This document shows, one piece after another, positions 60,701-64,000 of a stretch of 64,000 nucleotides of DNA (position 1 is its first letter; every line of letters starts with the position of its first letter). A program made the position numbers and the translations under genes. Below the pieces are notes generated by a model. That model searched no databases. It was not told the origin of the DNA and was given only the letters and a program-made list of their open reading frames with translations. This DNA comes from Macrostomum hystrix (lineage: Eukaryota; Animalia; Platyhelminthes): the NCBI GenBank assembly GCA_950097015.1, contig CATNEN010000039.1, forward strand, positions 19,716,001-19,780,000, given 5' to 3'.

Positions 60701-63500
60701 CGTAGATTGCGCGACAAGCCCCTCAAACTAACGTGGCCTCGCTGCGGATTCGAGCTCACGTACATATCAGCTATTTACTAAGCTTATAAAGCAGTTTAAC
60801 AATTAAGAAAATGCGATTAGCTAACGGAAATCAAAGGAAATTAACGTTTGGCAGGCAAAACTAGACAGTGAACACGAAGAACAAGCCGTCAACCGTCTGC
60901 CAGTCACCTTCGCTTCTCCTCATCTGAGGATTGGCGCGCGTTAAGGCTCTCGGTGGATCTATTAACGTTACTGCGCAGCATGTTGTCCATTAGCCTGGCC
61001 AGAGTTGATGCCTGCTTGGCCTAGATTAAATAGGAACAAACACACCAGTACTGACTGTAAGCTGGCTAAACAGAGCCAAAATCCAAGAGGTCAAGCAAAA
61101 TAGTCTTCACCAAACACCCAAGCAGAATTTAATCAACGATTCCCAAAAATACGCTCGTACCAAGAACTAATACGAGTAACAAACTCTGTTAGCGAGTTTA
61201 AACAAATGGCAACAGTTCAATAGTGAAGATCGTACTTCAGTTCGCTTAGGCTCAGTTCGTCGAATGATTCCGATGAGCGAGCACTGCCTTTCCAGTTGAA
61301 CTATAGACCAGTGAATCGATTTTAACAAAAATAATTTAATTGTGTGCGCGTGCTTGAGAAACCTCAAATGAATAATTTTGAAATGTTTCATATCAAATCT
61401 AAATCAAATTACGAAAACTTTGAATTAAACTGTAATCAACTTAAATTTAAAGCTAATTACCACGTTTCGGGAAATCTAAATTGCTAATTAATTCGTGCTG
61501 AACAAATTGTTATAATTGGTGAATTATTATATTATATTATAATTTGTTATAATTATATTCGATTGTTTCAGAAATGACAAGTCAGATTTTTGCGGTAAGT
61601 TTTTGTTTAACAAATAAATGAAATTTAGTGTGAGTAAAGAACGTAGAAGTTTTGATATTTTGTGAAACTTATTTAACTTTTATAGGAAACAAAGTAAACA
61701 ATATAAAAGAGTAGTTTATTTATTCTATTACATATTACCTGGGATAAAAAGAATCCCCGGTTGCTATTTATATTTAATATCCTTCCTTTGCCAGTTAAAT
61801 TTTGGGGGGACTCACAGTCTTCGAGCACAGACTATTAAATGACCTTGAAGTATACGTTCAAAAAGTTCTCTTAAATTTAATTAGGCTTAGGCTATGGTCA
61901 AGTGGATTGGGTTAGCTGGCTTATTTTTGGTAGAGTTCTATGAAATGTGACAGTTGCAATCTTAGTTTAAGTCCTTGAATAAGTTGTTTCGTTTTGTTAA
62001 TTATTGAGTGCACTTGTCATATAACTTGTCATGCGCCGCGGTGTGGTTGAGTAGCTTCAAGTGATATTTGCTAGTCTTGTTAGTTTCTGCTTTAACTTAA
62101 GTTGTTTTTTGATGTTAGACTTATTAGTAGTGAGAAATCAATTATCTAGAAAATTTTAATTACCGAAAGCAATTGGTTAAAATAATGATTCACAGTTCGT
62201 TATTCGATCAATATTCCTTAATTTTGTGAATGAATGTGAGTAATCGGAAAAATACGAAATGAAACTGAAATTAATCGATAAGCTAAATCATAACAAACAA
62301 TTCATCCGACAATATACGTGGTTCCTCTTTAGCCTTATGGTGAAAGAAAATATCAGTTGTTATAAACGAATAAGACACACTAAAGCAGGAAGAAACCTAC
62401 CCCGCCGTCAAATTTTGATTGGTCGACGTGATTCACGCTGTTTCTATTTTTAGAAAACCGAACTACGTCACTGACAGCTCAGCCAATCAAAAGTTTCAGG
62501 GTGAGTGCCAACAAAATTCGAGTATAAGTCCGTCCCGATGAGCAGAGTTTATAGTTTTCCTAATATTTTTCCCTACGTAAAATATTCCCTAAGCAAATTC
62601 ACACAAGAATCAAACAATTTTAACATAAATTTCACCTTAGAGTAAAGCGAAGGAATGATGATTTGCTTGGCTATTTTATTCTCAGCTTCAAGTGATCAAA
62701 TATGAAATAAAATTAGAAAAACTCTTTGAAAAAAGTAACGAAACGAAGCGACCCGTGCTTAAAAAGCGTTAAATATAAGCGCAAAGATGGTCGGGGCTTT
62801 ATACCTCGTCGGGACTAAGTCTTGAACCGATTGGTGATGGCAGAGCGACTTTAGTTGAATTTACCTGCAGTTACAACGACACAGATTAGGTAGTGACAAA
62901 GATCTATTCTGTTTCAATATTACCTTACAAACGATTCTAAAATCTAGCAGTTTCTTGAGTTCCATAATTGTGAGCTATCTAACAGTTTAAAAGCAATATT
63001 AAGAAAATTTAAGCATATTCAGGGTAGCAAATGCACTAGACTAAAATCGTCTAAAGGTAAAAAAGAAGCCATGAAAATGTTTTATTCAACAAGAGAAAAT
63101 TAATCAAAGGTATTACACTCGAGGCTAAAATCTTCAAGCGGGTCAAAAGCAAGGTTAGCAATAGTGAATGGTACTCGTATGTACACACAACAGTGAACTA
63201 CATTTCACTATTTTAGCCTAATCTTGTATCAATTATTTACACGTTGACTCGATAAAAAATTCTGCCCGCGCTTTTAATATTTCCCCGAATGATTTTTATT
63301 GGTACATGCAATCGAAATCAATATAAAACTTCCAATAACACTTGTTAAAAAAGATTTAGTCGCGCGAATTAAAAAACCATTCGACAGTCTTACCCCGTGA
63401 CCGTGCTTATCCTTGCTGCTAGATTTGAAAGCGCGCCAATTTTCCACGATTAGAAGGCCGGCGTAGATTTTACCCACTGTCATCTGGAACTCCTTCAGTT
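53680..63500 (-). CDS. Cav2-type voltage-gated calcium channel alpha-1, 3' exons (63394-63500, 60908-61020, 60148-60280, 58504-58762, 53680-55133); gene continues beyond the window
   Basis: IQ-like TVGKIYAGLLIVENWRAFK, GFAQAVSSMIDQAH, INFPRLNASP and terminal ..WC-stop as in cacophony/unc-2/CACNA1A-type channels. Splice phases are consistent. Confidence 0.88.
55515..55785 (+). mobile_element. SINE family B, diverged, in the Cav2 intron
   Basis: AGTGGAAGAGCGGTCTAAC...CTCGCACCAAGTTCCCTGAGC...CTCGCTGGCTGCGGGTCTAGTG. Confidence 0.75.
60620..60757 (-). mobile_element. SINE family B internal fragment
   Basis: CTGACTTTCTCAT..CACTGTGCCTTGG..GGCCCTCAAGGGCGTA..GTGGCCTCGCTGCGGATTCGAGCTC. Confidence 0.7.
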
Positions 63501-64000
63501 CTGGAACAGTTTGATACAATTTGACATTAGTGGCTGCTAGCAAATGTCCACGTCCCGAAAAAGACTGAGGAAAAACATACAAAAACCGATGACCGTTGTA
63601 TGAACATCTCTTTATCTTCGGAAAAAGTTGCTTCACTGGGAGGCAGTCTTCAACAGTAGAAAGATCACGCTATTTTTCCCCTGGGGAAGGACCACGGGGA
63701 TATTTTAAATACCCATTGCCTACTTCACGATAGTTCGCAATCAGAAAGACTAACTTTGAAAGCAATCCGACGTCAGCATTGTTGAGATGTTTAGCGATTG
63801 GTGTCAAAGACGCTGGTGACAAGGACAAGTAAAACTCATAGTTAATCTTAGAGTATAGATTTACTCTGTAAATAAACTCAGTAAAACTTTGCTGTGTACA
63901 AACCTTCATGGCTAATTCATAATGGTTCAGTAATATGAGTCCATCTATCGGAGGGACCATTGTTCTCAGCATCTCAGTCACCAGAATCCCCTCCATTGCC

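Overview
Animal (eukaryotic) genomic DNA with spliceosomal introns, polyQ/polyA-rich proteins and many minisatellites. It is probably a free-living flatworm such as Macrostomum; that is inferred from sequence style only. Host genes: an intronless DEG/ENaC channel (-), then a co-directional + strand run of riboflavin kinase, a U1/matrin-type triple zinc-finger protein, CutA, TTLL1 (4 exons), THADA/Trm732 (11 exons), PRCC and a claudin/PMP22-family gene, and finally the 3' exons of a Cav2-type calcium channel (-). Mobile DNA: two full-length Gypsy LTR retrotransposons (one degenerate, one apparently intact and recent), a solo LTR, a hAT-like MITE in two copies, a TIR element carrying an inverted copy of the THADA last intron/exon junction, two tRNA-derived SINE families, and an internally deleted non-LTR element with a decayed 2A motif. 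Main findings: (i) three covarying box H/ACA snoRNA paralogs (SNORA8/snR31-like, 18S rRNA guides) in THADA introns, two of them in tandem; (ii) a probable spliced-leader (SL) trans-spliced operon in which RFK and a long CutA form have no genomic start codon but open in phase 0 at a splice acceptor, as expected if the flatworm SL 3'-terminal AUG supplies the start; (iii) highly structured unexplained RNA-like segments between the genes; (iv) atypical pore motifs in the DEG/ENaC channel. All calls were made by eye; no searches or folding programs were run.
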